Assembly (NCBI GenBank): GCA_963713825.1
Contig: CAVQNG010000005.1
Coordinates: 384,001-448,000, forward strand
Reading direction: 5' to 3'
Length of the DNA stretch: 64,000 bases
Source of the DNA: an uncultured Acidobacteriota bacterium
GTDB taxonomy: Bacteria > Acidobacteriota > Thermoanaerobaculia > Multivoradales > JAHEKO01
This document shows, piece by piece, positions 36,477-46,866 of the stretch (position 1 is the stretch's first letter; every line of letters begins with the position of its first letter). The notes beneath the pieces are model-generated. The model saw nothing but the letters and a program-made list of their open reading frames with translations, did not search any database and was not told the origin of the DNA. Position numbers and translations under genes: made by a program.

Positions 36477-39014
36477 TCAGTCCGCCCGCAGGACTGCAAG
36501 AGGTCGGCGCTGCAGGGCTCCCCAGCTGGCCACGATCCCTGTCAGCGCGGTCAAGATGACACTCAAAGCAAGCGATGTCAGGATGAGCCGTGGGTAGGGC
36601 TGCCAGGAGAGCTCCATGCTGCGGGTCAGGACGAACCAGGACAGCAGAACCCCTCCCGCCGTGCCGATGATGCCGGCGACCACGCCGATGAGCGCGTACT
36701 CGGTAGCCATCATGGCGGCGACTTCCTGTCGCGTCATGCCGAGAGTCTTCAGCAGAGCTACGCGCTGACCTCTTTGCACCGAGCCGGCGCTGATGCCCCC
36801 AGCCAGGATCAAGATGCCGGCCAGAATGGAGAAGCTGCCCAGAAAGCGGATGCCGCTCGTCATCCGCTCCAGGCCGCGCGCGATCTTGTCGAGCAGGTCG
36901 CGGATCTTCAGCAGCGTGACGTTGGGAAACTCGGCGGCCAATACGTCCTGGGTCGATTGCTCCCCTTGCTCTGGGAACCGGGCTGTAGCGATGCGCACCT
37001 GGGGAGCGTCTTCGAGAATCCCCGGCTCGACCACCAGAAAGAAATTGATTCCGAAAGTCCGCCAATCGACCGTGCGTATGGTCGATACGGTGAGATCGAG
37101 AGGTATTCCCTGGATGTCGAAGCCGAGGCGTGAACCGAGCTCGACGCCCAATTCGGTGGCGAAGTCCTCTTCGACGCTGACTTCCCAGGCTTCGGGGTCG
37201 CTCCAGAGCTCGCCCTCGATGATCGAGTTATCGGCTGGGAGCTCGTCGAGGTAGGTCAGGCGCTGCTCCCGTGTCAGCGCCCATCGTCGGTCTTCGTCGT
37301 CGGGGCTGTCTTTAGCCAACTCACTGACCGTCTTCCCATCGACCGTCCGCAGCCTCGCCGTCACCACGGCAACGGAGTCGATGTGCGAGGAGCCCTGCTC
37401 GACAAGGAGTCTCTCGACCGCGGGCCACTGATCGGGCTGGATGTCGATCAGGAACGCGGTGGGCGCCCCGGTAGGCAGCTCGCCACGAAGCTCGTCCGAT
37501 AAGCCTTTCTCGACGAAAGCCAGTGCGGTGACGAGAATGACGCCGAGTCCGACCGCCACCACGCTGCCCAGCGTCGCCGCCCCGGGCTGGGCTAGAGATG
37601 CGACGCCATGGCGCGCCCAGACGGGGCCGAGGTGGCGGCCGAGTGGGGTCAATGATCGCATCAGGACAAATGCCGCCAGAGACAGAAGGCCGGCTGCGAT
37701 TACGATGCCGACAGTGAACTGAGAACCCAGCTTGGCATCTTGGGCCTGTAGCGCCGCCGCCGACCAGATGCCCAGCAGAAGGACGCCGTAAAGCAACAGC
37801 AAGACTCCACGCCCCTGCGGGACGGGCTCGACATCCTTGCGGAGCACACGCAGAGGCGAGACTCTGCGGGTGGCGAGCAAGGGCGCAAGGGTGAACAAGA
37901 GCGCCAGGCCGATGCCGAGACCCATCCCCTTGGCCACCGCGCCAGGACTCCACCAGGCCAGGTCGGAGACTGGGAGCAGGTCGCCGATCAATATCGGCAC
38001 GAAGCGTTGGATCAGACTGCCGGCGGCCGCCCCGAGTATGCCGCCTGTCAGTCCCAGGAGGACGGCGTGTCCGAGGTAGAGCTTCGTAACGTCGTTGGGT
38101 CGCAATCCAAGGCAGCGATAGATTGCGATGGCGTCGATTCGACTGGCCAGCCAGGCACGAGTCGTCTGGGCCACTCCGAGACCTCCCAGGAGGAGGGACA
38201 GGAGCGCTACGAGGCCGAGGAACTTCTCGACACGGTGAATAGCCTGCTGGAGAGTTTCCTGGGCGTCTTTGTAGGTGCGAACCCGGATTCCTTCGAACTC
38301 GCCGACCCGCTCTCGCACCTCGGTAGCGAGTCGTTCAACACTCTCTCCTGCCGTGCCGGCCGGTAGCTTGACCAGCAGACGATGCATGACCCGGCTGCCA
38401 CGCTGGTCGAGATCGGCACGACGAAACCCGTCGCCGTTCAGTAGCACTCTTGGCCCGAGTCGGAAGGGACCCGCCCCTTGATCGGGTTCCGAGTGGACCA
38501 CGCCAGCGATGCGGAAGGCTTGGCCCCCGAGAAGGATGTCGCTGCCGACCTCGAGCTCGAGGCGGGTGAGCAGATCGGGGGCAACCACGACCGCCTCCGA
38601 CGACAACTTGGGCCCCAAGGGTCCTGGCGGGTCGACTTCCAGAATGCCGTAGAAGGGGTACACGCCATCCACCACCTTGAGCTCGACGATCTGGCTGGTG
38701 CCAGGGCTGCCCGTAGGGTGTGCCACCGCCGCCATGGTCACCAGCTCCTTGATCTCGGTCAGCTGCAGCTCGGGCCGCTCGGTGAGGAGCTCGTGAAGAT
38801 CGGGGGGAAGCGGTTGCAGGGAAGAGATCGTAAGGTCGGCTGCCAGCAGCTGTCGGGCCTCTCTTCGAACGCCTTCCGACAAGGCCGCCGAAAGCCCGGC
38901 AACGCTGACGACAGCGGCGACACCGACCGCCAGGCAAGCGACAAAGAACGCGAACCGCTTCAGCGAGCCACGGGACTCTCGGGCCAGCAAACGGAAGTAC
39001 AGGGCGACGTTCAT
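36477..39014 (-). CDS. YbbP-like ABC transporter permease (duplicated FtsX/MacB domains)
   Basis: Motifs LAVGVAAV, LLAADL, ELKVVDGVYPFYG, PTAFLIDIQPDQ, LTREQRLTY, VDWRTFGINF and ALLKTLG. Confidence 0.88.
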   Translation of the reverse strand: MNVALYFRLLARESRGSLKRFAFFVACLAVGVAAVVSVAGLSAALSEGVRREARQLLAADLTISSLQPLPPDLHELLTERPELQLTEIKELVTMAAVAHPTGSPGTSQIVELKVVDGVYPFYGILEVDPPGPLGPKLSSEAVVVAPDLLTRLELEVGSDILLGGQAFRIAGVVHSEPDQGAGPFRLGPRVLLNGDGFRRADLDQRGSRVMHRLLVKLPAGTAGESVERLATEVRERVGEFEGIRVRTYKDAQETLQQAIHRVEKFLGLVALLSLLLGGLGVAQTTRAWLASRIDAIAIYRCLGLRPNDVTKLYLGHAVLLGLTGGILGAAAGSLIQRFVPILIGDLLPVSDLAWWSPGAVAKGMGLGIGLALLFTLAPLLATRRVSPLRVLRKDVEPVPQGRGVLLLLYGVLLLGIWSAAALQAQDAKLGSQFTVGIVIAAGLLSLAAFVLMRSLTPLGRHLGPVWARHGVASLAQPGAATLGSVVAVGLGVILVTALAFVEKGLSDELRGELPTGAPTAFLIDIQPDQWPAVERLLVEQGSSHIDSVAVVTARLRTVDGKTVSELAKDSPDDEDRRWALTREQRLTYLDELPADNSIIEGELWSDPEAWEVSVEEDFATELGVELGSRLGFDIQGIPLDLTVSTIRTVDWRTFGINFFLVVEPGILEDAPQVRIATARFPEQGEQSTQDVLAAEFPNVTLLKIRDLLDKIARGLERMTSGIRFLGSFSILAGILILAGGISAGSVQRGQRVALLKTLGMTRQEVAAMMATEYALIGVVAGIIGTAGGVLLSWFVLTRSMELSWQPYPRLILTSLALSVILTALTGIVASWGALQRRPLAVLRAD

Positions 39015-39724
39015 CCGGAAGGGGCCAGAAGCCCGTCGGTGTCGCTCGTGGCCGGTACCAGCTGGCCGTCTTCCAGGGCCAGTCGACGGTCGGCCAGCTG
39101 TGCGGCGGCACTGTCATGGGTCACCAGAACGAGCGTCGTACCGAATCTCCGGCGCAGCGAGGCGATCAGGTCGAGGACTGTTCGGCCCGTCCGTCGGTCG
39201 AGGTTTCCGGTTGGCTCGTCGGCCAGGAGGATTGCCGGACTGGGTGCGAAGGCTCGAGCCAGCGCCACCCGCTGCTGCTCTCCTCCTGACAGTTGGGTGG
39301 GGTAGTGGTGGGCGCGGTCGGTCAGGCCCACCAGATCCAGGAGCTCCGAGGCCCGGTCCTGAGCCCGCGAGTCGCTCAGGAGCTCGAGGGGCAGCTGGAC
39401 ATTCTCCAAAGCGGTCATATTCGGCAACAGCTGGAAGGACTGAAAGACGAAGCCGATCTTGTGACGGCGAAGCAGCGCCAGCTCACTCTCGGAGAGCGTT
39501 TGAATCGATTGGCCGTCGATGAGAATCTCGCCCGAGGTCGGTCTGTCCAACCCCGCAACGAGGGCCAGGAGCGTCGATTTGCCGGAACCGGACGGGCCCA
39601 GGATGGCGACAGACTCCTCGGCAGAGATCTCGAGGTCGACTTCGTTCAGGACCGAAAGGTCGGCACTTCCCGAGTGGAAAACCTTGGTGAGCTTCCGAAG
39701 CTCGATGCGGGGCGATGCGCTCAT
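39011..39724 (-). CDS. YbbA/LolD-like ABC transporter ATP-binding protein
   Basis: Motifs GPSGSGKSTLL, IGFVFQSFQL, QLSGGEQQRVA, ADEPTGNLD and VTHD. ATGA overlap with the permease. Confidence 0.92.
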   Translation of the reverse strand: MSASPRIELRKLTKVFHSGSADLSVLNEVDLEISAEESVAILGPSGSGKSTLLALVAGLDRPTSGEILIDGQSIQTLSESELALLRRHKIGFVFQSFQLLPNMTALENVQLPLELLSDSRAQDRASELLDLVGLTDRAHHYPTQLSGGEQQRVALARAFAPSPAILLADEPTGNLDRRTGRTVLDLIASLRRRFGTTLVLVTHDSAAAQLADRRLALEDGQLVPATSDTDGLLAPSG

Positions 39725-39818
39725 GGATCAGTGATACGGCGGAAAGTGGAAAGAGTTCCTCGGCGTGGCGGCCGGCTGGCAGCCTATCACCGCCTTTGCG
39801 GCCGCTTCCGGCGCTTTT

Positions 39819-41378
39819 CTAGTTCAAGTACCCGAGCGCGCGAAGCTCCTCGAGGAGCTCTTCGTCAGACTGCGACTGCGGTGCTTCGCGGGCTTCCATC
39901 TGGCCCCAGCTCGGGATCGTTCGGAGTGGGAACCGTTCGCGGAACTGCGCTTGGAAAAGCTCGGTTCTGGCATGGCCGTCGAAGTCGTCGGCCACAGGCA
40001 GCCCCAGGGCATAGAGCAGGGTCGGGGTGATATCGAGGCTGTGGATCTTGTCGAGCTCGAAGCTCGAGTCGATGTCGGGTCCAGCGGCGATGAAGATTCC
40101 TTCGGTGCTCTTGGAGTGCGTGCCAGAAATTTTCTCGATCTGCCCGATGGCGCCTGGGATCGGCTGGCCGTCGAGGTAGAGCTTTGGCGACACTCCCTGG
40201 TAGCGCACGATCACTAACATGTCGCCGCCCCGGGATCGCTCGCTTGCCTTGAGATCGCGGAACCGAAATGCCGGTGAGCCGTCCTCGTAGGTGACTTTCT
40301 CGAGAGCGGCTTGCAGGCTGCGCCGAGTTCCGTCCGGATCGTCTGGCCACTCCTCGTTTCCGGGTCGCTCGAATGGGTGGAAGCGAATCAGCTTCGTGCG
40401 GGTGAAAGGAGGCGAGTTCCAGGTTCGTGCCAGGCTCCTGTCGGGATTGATCTGCTCCTGATCTCGCACCAGGATTCCGAGATGCTCGAGGACCCGATCC
40501 AAGTGCAGTTGGATTCTGTACCGCTCCCCTTTGGCGGCTTGGAAGCCATGGTCGGAAACCACGAAGAAGTTGGTGTCAGAGGAGGCGTTGGCCAGCAGAG
40601 CTCCGAGAGTTGCGTCCACCTGGGCGTAGGCGTCGGGAATGCGGTTGCCGAACCGCTGCAGGCTTTGCTCATCGACTTCCGACTCGAATCCCTGAGATCT
40701 GAAGTACTTCCAGTGATGGTGACTCTCGATATCGACGGACCGCAGGTAAAGCATGATCAGGTCGAAGTCCTGGCTCGCCAAGCGCTGGCCGATCGAAGCC
40801 AGCAAGCGGTCCCCCCGGGTAACGACATCCTCCACCGTCACCGCACCTTCATCGGGAGGCGAGCTTTCGGTCAGGAGTCTTGGGTCGAGGTCGGGTGGGT
40901 AGAAGCGGTCCTTGCTTTCCCTGAAGAATCGATCAGAGACGACGATGCCATTGACGGCCTCGGCCGGCCAGGAGGCCCACCATCCCAGCAAAGCGACCCG
41001 AAGCTGCGAGGAGGAAACCATGTTCCAGAGGGCGGGCACGCGTCGGTCCACCGAGGAGACAGGTGCCTCGCCGTAGTCGGTTCGCACCGTGAAACCTCGA
41101 ATGCCATGTCTCGATGGCTCGACGCCGGTGGCGATCGAGGTCCAGATCACGGGTGAGGCGTGGGCGATCGGTTGCAGCTGTGCTGAGACACCACGCTCGG
41201 CCAGATCCTTCAGATGGGGCAGCTGACCGCGGCTCCAGAGCTCCCGAATGACGTTCCAGGAGCCACCATCCACCCCCAGGAGGACGACAGGGGGTGGAGG
41301 TGTAGAGCTGGGTTCACCGCAGCCCGCCAGCAATGCAAGGCAGCCGACCACGAGCCATCGATGAGCGACGGGGATCAT
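39819..41378 (-). CDS. alkaline phosphatase superfamily lipoprotein (type I phosphodiesterase / nucleotide pyrophosphatase-like)
   Basis: Lipobox LAGC, motifs LLGVDG, SPVIWTSIATG, SDHGF, GTH, DITPTLLYALG and C-terminal LRALGYL. Confidence 0.85.
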   Translation of the reverse strand: MIPVAHRWLVVGCLALLAGCGEPSSTPPPPVVLLGVDGGSWNVIRELWSRGQLPHLKDLAERGVSAQLQPIAHASPVIWTSIATGVEPSRHGIRGFTVRTDYGEAPVSSVDRRVPALWNMVSSSQLRVALLGWWASWPAEAVNGIVVSDRFFRESKDRFYPPDLDPRLLTESSPPDEGAVTVEDVVTRGDRLLASIGQRLASQDFDLIMLYLRSVDIESHHHWKYFRSQGFESEVDEQSLQRFGNRIPDAYAQVDATLGALLANASSDTNFFVVSDHGFQAAKGERYRIQLHLDRVLEHLGILVRDQEQINPDRSLARTWNSPPFTRTKLIRFHPFERPGNEEWPDDPDGTRRSLQAALEKVTYEDGSPAFRFRDLKASERSRGGDMLVIVRYQGVSPKLYLDGQPIPGAIGQIEKISGTHSKSTEGIFIAAGPDIDSSFELDKIHSLDITPTLLYALGLPVADDFDGHARTELFQAQFRERFPLRTIPSWGQMEAREAPQSQSDEELLEELRALGYLN

Positions 41379-41434
41379 GCCTTGAACTCTATCAACGGTC
41401 GATCACGGCCTGCGAAGCCATACAATGCCACGGT

Positions 41435-42178
41435 ATGAGAGTGCAATGGCATGGGTCGAAGCTGCTGGCCATGACCCTTCTTTTGGCCTGCAATGGGCCG
41501 GCAGGTGATCCGCCAGGTGATCCGCCAGGCGCGAACGGTACGAGGCAGTCCGAGAAGAGGTCGGTGGTAAGTGAGAGCCCTGCCGACGACGCTGAAGAGT
41601 CGATTCGCATCGTGTTTCTGGGAGATAGCCTCAGCGCCGGCATGGGCGTCAATGAAGACGAGGCCTTCCCGGCGGTGGTCGAGGGCCACTTGCGCCACCG
41701 CGGATGGGACGTCCAGGTCTTCAACGCCGGTATCAGTGGGGACACGACCGCTGGTGGCGTCAGTCGCCTCGATTGGATCCTGTCGCAGAATCCGCAGATC
41801 GTCGTGGTCGAGCTGGGGGCGAATGACGGCCTTCGAGGCATGTCGGTCCAGATGACAGAGGCGAATCTCAGAGCGATGATATCCAAGACGCAGCAGGCGG
41901 GTATTCGCGTCCTGTTGGCGGGGATGATGGTGCCTCCCAACTACGGAGCCGACTACTCAGAGCGTTTCAACGACGTCTTCCCGGGGCTGGCCGAGGAGCT
42001 CGACGTGCCCCTTGTCCCCTTCCTGCTGGAGGGAGTTGCCGCAGAGCCCGATCTCAATCTGATCGATGGCATCCACCCCAACCCAGCGGGCCACCAACGG
42101 GTCGCCGAAACCGTATTGCCCTTTCTAGAGACGATCTTGAAGGAATTAGAAGCTAGCGATTCTTCTCCCGACGCTTGA
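41435..42178 (+). CDS. TesA-like GDSL/SGNH arylesterase (lipoprotein)
   Basis: Lipobox LLAC, motifs GDSLSAG, NAGISGDTT, ELGANDGLRG and DGIHPN. Confidence 0.9.
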   Translation: MRVQWHGSKLLAMTLLLACNGPAGDPPGDPPGANGTRQSEKRSVVSESPADDAEESIRIVFLGDSLSAGMGVNEDEAFPAVVEGHLRHRGWDVQVFNAGISGDTTAGGVSRLDWILSQNPQIVVVELGANDGLRGMSVQMTEANLRAMISKTQQAGIRVLLAGMMVPPNYGADYSERFNDVFPGLAEELDVPLVPFLLEGVAAEPDLNLIDGIHPNPAGHQRVAETVLPFLETILKELEASDSSPDA

Positions 42179-42959
42179 CCTCCTGCCACGCCGCTTCCAT
42201 TTCCTCGAGCGTCGCGTCAGCCAACCCTGACGGGTCCTTGTCGAGCTCTTCCTCCAAAGCATGAAATCGTCGCCGGAACTTTCGGTTGGCGCTGGCCAGG
42301 GCCGCCTCGGGATCGACGTCGAGTCGCCGCGCCAGATTCGCGATCGTCAACAGCAGGTCGCCGACCTCCTCGAAGACGGCCTCTTTTCGACCTTCTCGCG
42401 CCTCGCCTTCGTCGAGCTCCTGGCGCAGCTCTTTCAGCTCTTCGTCGACCTTGTCGAGAACGGCGGTCGCGTCGGGCCAATCGAATCCAACTCCAGCGAC
42501 CTTCTGAGTCATACGGTAGGCGGTCAGCAGGCTCGGGAGAGATGTGGGGAGGCCGTCCAAAACGGAAGACCTGGCTTCCTTGATCTCGGAGAGCTTGCGC
42601 TTTTCCCAGGCGCGGTGAACCTCGGCCACGCTCGACAACCGCTCGGAGCCAAAGACGTGGGGGTGACGAGCCACCATCTTGGCCTCGATGTCGCGGCTCA
42701 CCTGCCCGAGGTCGAAGGCCGAGGCCTCATCGGCCAGGGTAGCGATGAACACGATCTGGAAGAGCAGGTCGCCCAGTTCGGCCTGCAGCTCGGTCCAGTC
42801 GCCAGCGTCGATGGCGGCAGCGACTTCGTGCGCTTCTTCCAGGAGGTAGGCCCGCAAGTCCACGAGTCGCTGTTCACGGTCCCACGGGCAGCCGTCAGGA
42901 CTCCGGAGCTTTCGAACCAGAGCTGACAGGTCGGCGATCGAGTTGTGGAATTCGTTCAT
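42153..42959 (-). CDS. mazG: nucleoside triphosphate pyrophosphohydrolase MazG
   Basis: Motifs LRSPDGCPWDREQ, EEAHE, ELGDLLFQ, RHPHVF, GFDW, EVGDLL and KFRRRF. Confidence 0.94.
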   Translation of the reverse strand: MNEFHNSIADLSALVRKLRSPDGCPWDREQRLVDLRAYLLEEAHEVAAAIDAGDWTELQAELGDLLFQIVFIATLADEASAFDLGQVSRDIEAKMVARHPHVFGSERLSSVAEVHRAWEKRKLSEIKEARSSVLDGLPTSLPSLLTAYRMTQKVAGVGFDWPDATAVLDKVDEELKELRQELDEGEAREGRKEAVFEEVGDLLLTIANLARRLDVDPEAALASANRKFRRRFHALEEELDKDPSGLADATLEEMEAAWQEVKRREKNR

Positions 42960-43145
42960 CGGTAAGCCTCGGTTGGTCGATTCTTCGGATCATTCTTCGA
43001 GCGTGACGTGTTTAATTTCCGGATTGGCCCACGATGCATAAGATAGCGTGTGGCGGGCGTTTCCCGAGTCGAGGGGGTCCTTGCTACGATACCGGCTGGT
43101 TCGATCCGAGTCAGTGGGGTTTATTGTCCAAGGGAGTGTGTAGTT

Positions 43146-43655
43146 GTGACAGACGAAGAGATGAAGGTTACCGATAAGAGGATGTTCACGCCGGATGGTG
43201 AGCTGAAGGAAGAGTTTCAGCACCTCGATGAGGCTAAGGCCGAGGCCCCGGCCGCGCCAGAGCCCGTGGCCGAAGAGGAGCCTGGCGCCAGTCGACAGGA
43301 ACCGGCGCCACCTGTCGAGCCCGAGGTTACACCGGTCGCGTCTGAGGTCCCGCCGGTCGCCGAGCCGGAGGAAGGTCGAGGGCGGGTCGAGATTCCTCTA
43401 GGCGACGAGGGGCTCGGCGAGTTGAGTTTTCTCGACCTGGTGGGTCTGGTGGCTCAGCCGGTCGCCATCTACCTCGGCGATGCCAAGCTGCCAGGAGACG
43501 AATCGGCCGAGAACCTCGATATGGCGCGGCTGCATATCGACCTCCTGGAGGTCTTGAAAAGCAAGACCGCCGGCAATCTGACAGCCCAGGAGCACACGTT
43601 CTTGGAAGATCTGTTGTACCAACTGAGGCTGCGCTACGTTCAGAAGCGCGGCTAG
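43146..43655 (+). CDS. DUF1844 domain protein
   Basis: KVTDKR N-terminus, Pro/Glu-rich linker, F..LV..., ARLHIDLLEVLKSKTAGNLT.QE..FLEDLLYQLRLRY. GTG start after GGGAG. Confidence 0.85.
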   Translation: MTDEEMKVTDKRMFTPDGELKEEFQHLDEAKAEAPAAPEPVAEEEPGASRQEPAPPVEPEVTPVASEVPPVAEPEEGRGRVEIPLGDEGLGELSFLDLVGLVAQPVAIYLGDAKLPGDESAENLDMARLHIDLLEVLKSKTAGNLTAQEHTFLEDLLYQLRLRYVQKRG

Positions 43656-43704
43656 GGCGATCGAACGACGGACCATGGATCATGGGAGATCGGGAGCAGA
43701 CTTC

Positions 43705-45471
43705 ATGAGCGCGACGCGGCCAACAGTGGTCCAGAGAGCGCAGTGGGGTCGTGGGTCGCTCCTGTTCGTGCTTCTTTGGGTAGCGATTGTCTCTGCCGCA
43801 CCGACCGGCGCCGTCGAGCAATCGGTTGCCGATGACTTGAAGCTGAGTCTCGAATCGAGAAACACCTTTGCCAGGCTGCAGGACCAGTGGCTGGAGTGGC
43901 TGGCCGCCTCCTACCAGGCTGATGCGGAGCGCGCCGAGGCGGCTCTGGGTGCGCTGCTGTCGGATGCCGACCAGCTGGACATGAGGCGGCTTCCCGACCT
44001 CAGCCTCGGAGCCGCTGGGCGGGCTGTCGAGTTCGCCGCGCGAGGCGACTTCGAGGTGGCGGCCTGGTGCCTGAGCGCTGCCGAAAGGCTCGATCCGGAC
44101 CGTCCCGAGGTCGCATTCGCCGCCGCTCGTGTGGCGCGCATGGAAGGCGAGTACTTCGAGATGGTGCGGCGGACAGCCAGCGCCTTCTCGAGGCTGCTCG
44201 AGGTGCCGCTCTACCGATCCCTCTGGTTGAGCAACTTGTCGCTGTGGGGTCTGGTGGTGTTGCTGGCCACCGGGGCGCTCTTTGTCGGTCTCTTGATGGC
44301 GACGCGCGGCGCCGAGCTGCTGCATGATGTGCTGGGATTCAATGAGCGTTTCCTACCTGGCCCCGTGGCCATGGTGCTGACCGCCGCGTTTCTCTTGTGG
44401 CCTGTGCTGCTGCCGGCTGGCCTCCTCTGGCTGGTGGTCTACTGGTCCATCCTGCTCTGGAGCTATGGCTCTGTTGCCGAGAGGGCCGTGCTGATCGGTC
44501 TCTGGGTCGTTCTTGGCGTCACACCGCTGTTGTTGAATGAGCAGCGACAGAGAGTGCGGATCGAGCTGGCTCCGGCGACGATCTCGATGGAAAACCTCGA
44601 GGAGGGCCGGCTCAAGGGCACCTTGCTTCGAGATCTCACGTCGCTTCAGGCCGCGTTGCCTGACAACAATGCCGTGACGCACCTTTTGGCCGATCTCTAC
44701 TGCAGGCTCGGCGAATGGGACCTGGCGCGAGGGCTCTATCTCGATGTCCTGGAGGAAGAGCCCAGGAACACCACGGCCCTGAACAACACGGGAGTCTGTT
44801 TCTTTCACGACGGTGACCACATTCAAGCGGTGGAGTACTTTCAACAGGCCACTGCGACGGATGGACCCTCGGCCGCCGCCCATTTCAATCTCAGCCAGAT
44901 CTACTCCGACCACTATCGCTTCCGCCAGGCTGGTCGTGAGCTGCAGACAGCCCGAACCTTGAACAGTGCCATGGTGGGGGAGTGGTTGAGTCGAGCCGCC
45001 ACGGAGAAGGTCATCGTCCAGAGCGGCGGTATCAGCCGTTCGGACGAGGTGCGCGCCGAGCTGCGCTCTGTGTGGCGTAGCGGTGAGGCCGATTCCCGGT
45101 GGTCCGCCTTGTGGCCCAGTACACTGCCTTTACCGTTGGCGCTGGCCTTCCTGGCGATCGCGGCCGGTCTGTATCTGATCGTGCGGCGGGGGCGAAAGAA
45201 CAAGCCGGATTTACAGTTCGTGGATCGGGACCGAAGCGGTCGCTGGCTCACCATGTTGCTACCGGGGTACGCCGAAGCCGAGGCCGGTCAATCTCTGCGC
45301 GCTTTCCTGGCGGTGCTGGTGCCCGTCGCATTGGTGACGCTTCCTCTGATCGACAAGCTGGGCTACCGCCAGCCGATTCTCTTTGCGCCGGGTGGCACGC
45401 TGCTCCTCGCAGTTTCAGTTGTCTTGCTGGCGATCTATTTCGGAGCCCGACTGTGGCGGCTGAGAGTCTAG
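43705..45471 (+). CDS. TPR-containing multi-pass membrane protein
   Basis: Signal peptide, TPR-like helices, a TM bundle, further TPRs (LADLY..LG, ALNNTGV, AHFNLSQIY) and C-terminal TMs. Confidence 0.75.
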   Translation: MSATRPTVVQRAQWGRGSLLFVLLWVAIVSAAPTGAVEQSVADDLKLSLESRNTFARLQDQWLEWLAASYQADAERAEAALGALLSDADQLDMRRLPDLSLGAAGRAVEFAARGDFEVAAWCLSAAERLDPDRPEVAFAAARVARMEGEYFEMVRRTASAFSRLLEVPLYRSLWLSNLSLWGLVVLLATGALFVGLLMATRGAELLHDVLGFNERFLPGPVAMVLTAAFLLWPVLLPAGLLWLVVYWSILLWSYGSVAERAVLIGLWVVLGVTPLLLNEQRQRVRIELAPATISMENLEEGRLKGTLLRDLTSLQAALPDNNAVTHLLADLYCRLGEWDLARGLYLDVLEEEPRNTTALNNTGVCFFHDGDHIQAVEYFQQATATDGPSAAAHFNLSQIYSDHYRFRQAGRELQTARTLNSAMVGEWLSRAATEKVIVQSGGISRSDEVRAELRSVWRSGEADSRWSALWPSTLPLPLALAFLAIAAGLYLIVRRGRKNKPDLQFVDRDRSGRWLTMLLPGYAEAEAGQSLRAFLAVLVPVALVTLPLIDKLGYRQPILFAPGGTLLLAVSVVLLAIYFGARLWRLRV

Positions 45472-45478
45472 GACCTGA

Positions 45479-46819
45479 ATGATGAGCGCTAAAGATCCAG
45501 TGCAGGTGCGAGGCTTGGTGGATGTCCTGCTGACGATCGGTCGGCAGCACGGGACCGGCATTCTCACCGTCCAGAACGAGGACGGTACGGTCGGCATCAC
45601 CTTCAAGGCCGGGGAGATCGTGTCGGCCGACTCCATGAACCAGAGCGAGGCCGAGGGCCTGGGCCAGATCCTCACCGAGAAAGGCCTGGTGCTGCAGGCA
45701 GAGCTGGCGGAGATGAAAGCCGAGCACGAGCGAGGTGGGCGGCGCATCATCGATTTGCTGGTGGACCGACATCTCCTGGAGCGCGATCAGCTGCTGGAGA
45801 TTCTCCGACTTCGTTTCTTCGATCTCAGTCGGCAGGTGCTGACCTGGTCGAGTGGTGAGTTCCGGTTCTACCGGGTCGAGGAGGTCGCCTTCGAGAAAGG
45901 AATCCGCCCCCTGTCGGTAGAAGAGCTGCTGGTGCGAGCGGCGGAGGAGCTGGGCCCTGCAGGGCCGCTTCCAGGCAGGGTGCCCACGCCCCAGGCGGTC
46001 TATGCGAAGGTGGAGGAATCCGAGACGGGGCAGGTCACTCCCCAGGCCTCGCCGTTCGAGTTGGACCTCGAGGAGGGGAGCGAAGTTCTCGATCTGCTGC
46101 ATTGGCTCAATGGCGAGCGTTCCGCCGCCGACGTGTCCATCGAAAGCGGCATACCGCAGTACAAGATTCTTTTTGACATCTATGCTCTCCAGCAGGGCGG
46201 CCGAGCCCTGGCGGTCGACCACGACACGGCGGAGCCGTTGACGACAGGCAGCCCGTGGTTGGCTGATCTGGAGGGTGGCGCAGGCCAGGGCTCGAAGATC
46301 TCCAACGTCACTGCCAAAGCGACCGAGTGGTGGCAATCCCGCCTGGATCGGCTGCCGGATTCCGAGGAGCGGTGGCGTACCTGGCCCCACAAAGCTTTCG
46401 GTGTCGGGTTGATTGTGGCGCTGGTCGCCGCGCTCTTGGTGGATCCGGGCCGATTCCTCCTACCATTTCCCTGGCAAGGGGGGCTGCGACAAGCCCTGTT
46501 GGATGAGCAGACCTCGGCGGCGTATCTCAAGGTCGACCGCGCCGCCAAGACCTGGTTCCTGTTGGAAGGTCAGTTCCCCGAGGAGTTCTCGGAGCTCGCT
46601 TCCTACGGCTCCCTGATTGGGGCCGACATGGTCGATCCTGCGGGTCGTCCTTTGGGTTATGCGGCCCAGATCGCCAGCTATCTGGTCTATCCCCTGGGAG
46701 AAGGGGATCCTGCTCCAGGTAGCTCCAGGACAGAGCCGATTACGGGTGATTTCCTGCTGGATCCGGAGTTCATCACTCCCCCTACCGAGCCGATAACACC
46801 CCTGATACTGCTGGAATAG
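45479..46819 (+). CDS. DUF4388 domain membrane protein with pilin/GspG-like C-terminal region
   Basis: DVLLTIGRQHGTGIL, LGQIL, TWSSGEFRF, one TM, then GQFPEEFSEL...DPAGRPLGY. Confidence 0.7.
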   Translation: MMSAKDPVQVRGLVDVLLTIGRQHGTGILTVQNEDGTVGITFKAGEIVSADSMNQSEAEGLGQILTEKGLVLQAELAEMKAEHERGGRRIIDLLVDRHLLERDQLLEILRLRFFDLSRQVLTWSSGEFRFYRVEEVAFEKGIRPLSVEELLVRAAEELGPAGPLPGRVPTPQAVYAKVEESETGQVTPQASPFELDLEEGSEVLDLLHWLNGERSAADVSIESGIPQYKILFDIYALQQGGRALAVDHDTAEPLTTGSPWLADLEGGAGQGSKISNVTAKATEWWQSRLDRLPDSEERWRTWPHKAFGVGLIVALVAALLVDPGRFLLPFPWQGGLRQALLDEQTSAAYLKVDRAAKTWFLLEGQFPEEFSELASYGSLIGADMVDPAGRPLGYAAQIASYLVYPLGEGDPAPGSSRTEPITGDFLLDPEFITPPTEPITPLILLE

Positions 46820-46866
46820 GCCCAGTTGCAGGGTCTTGTCGTCCGGATACCTGTGTCCGGGAATAA

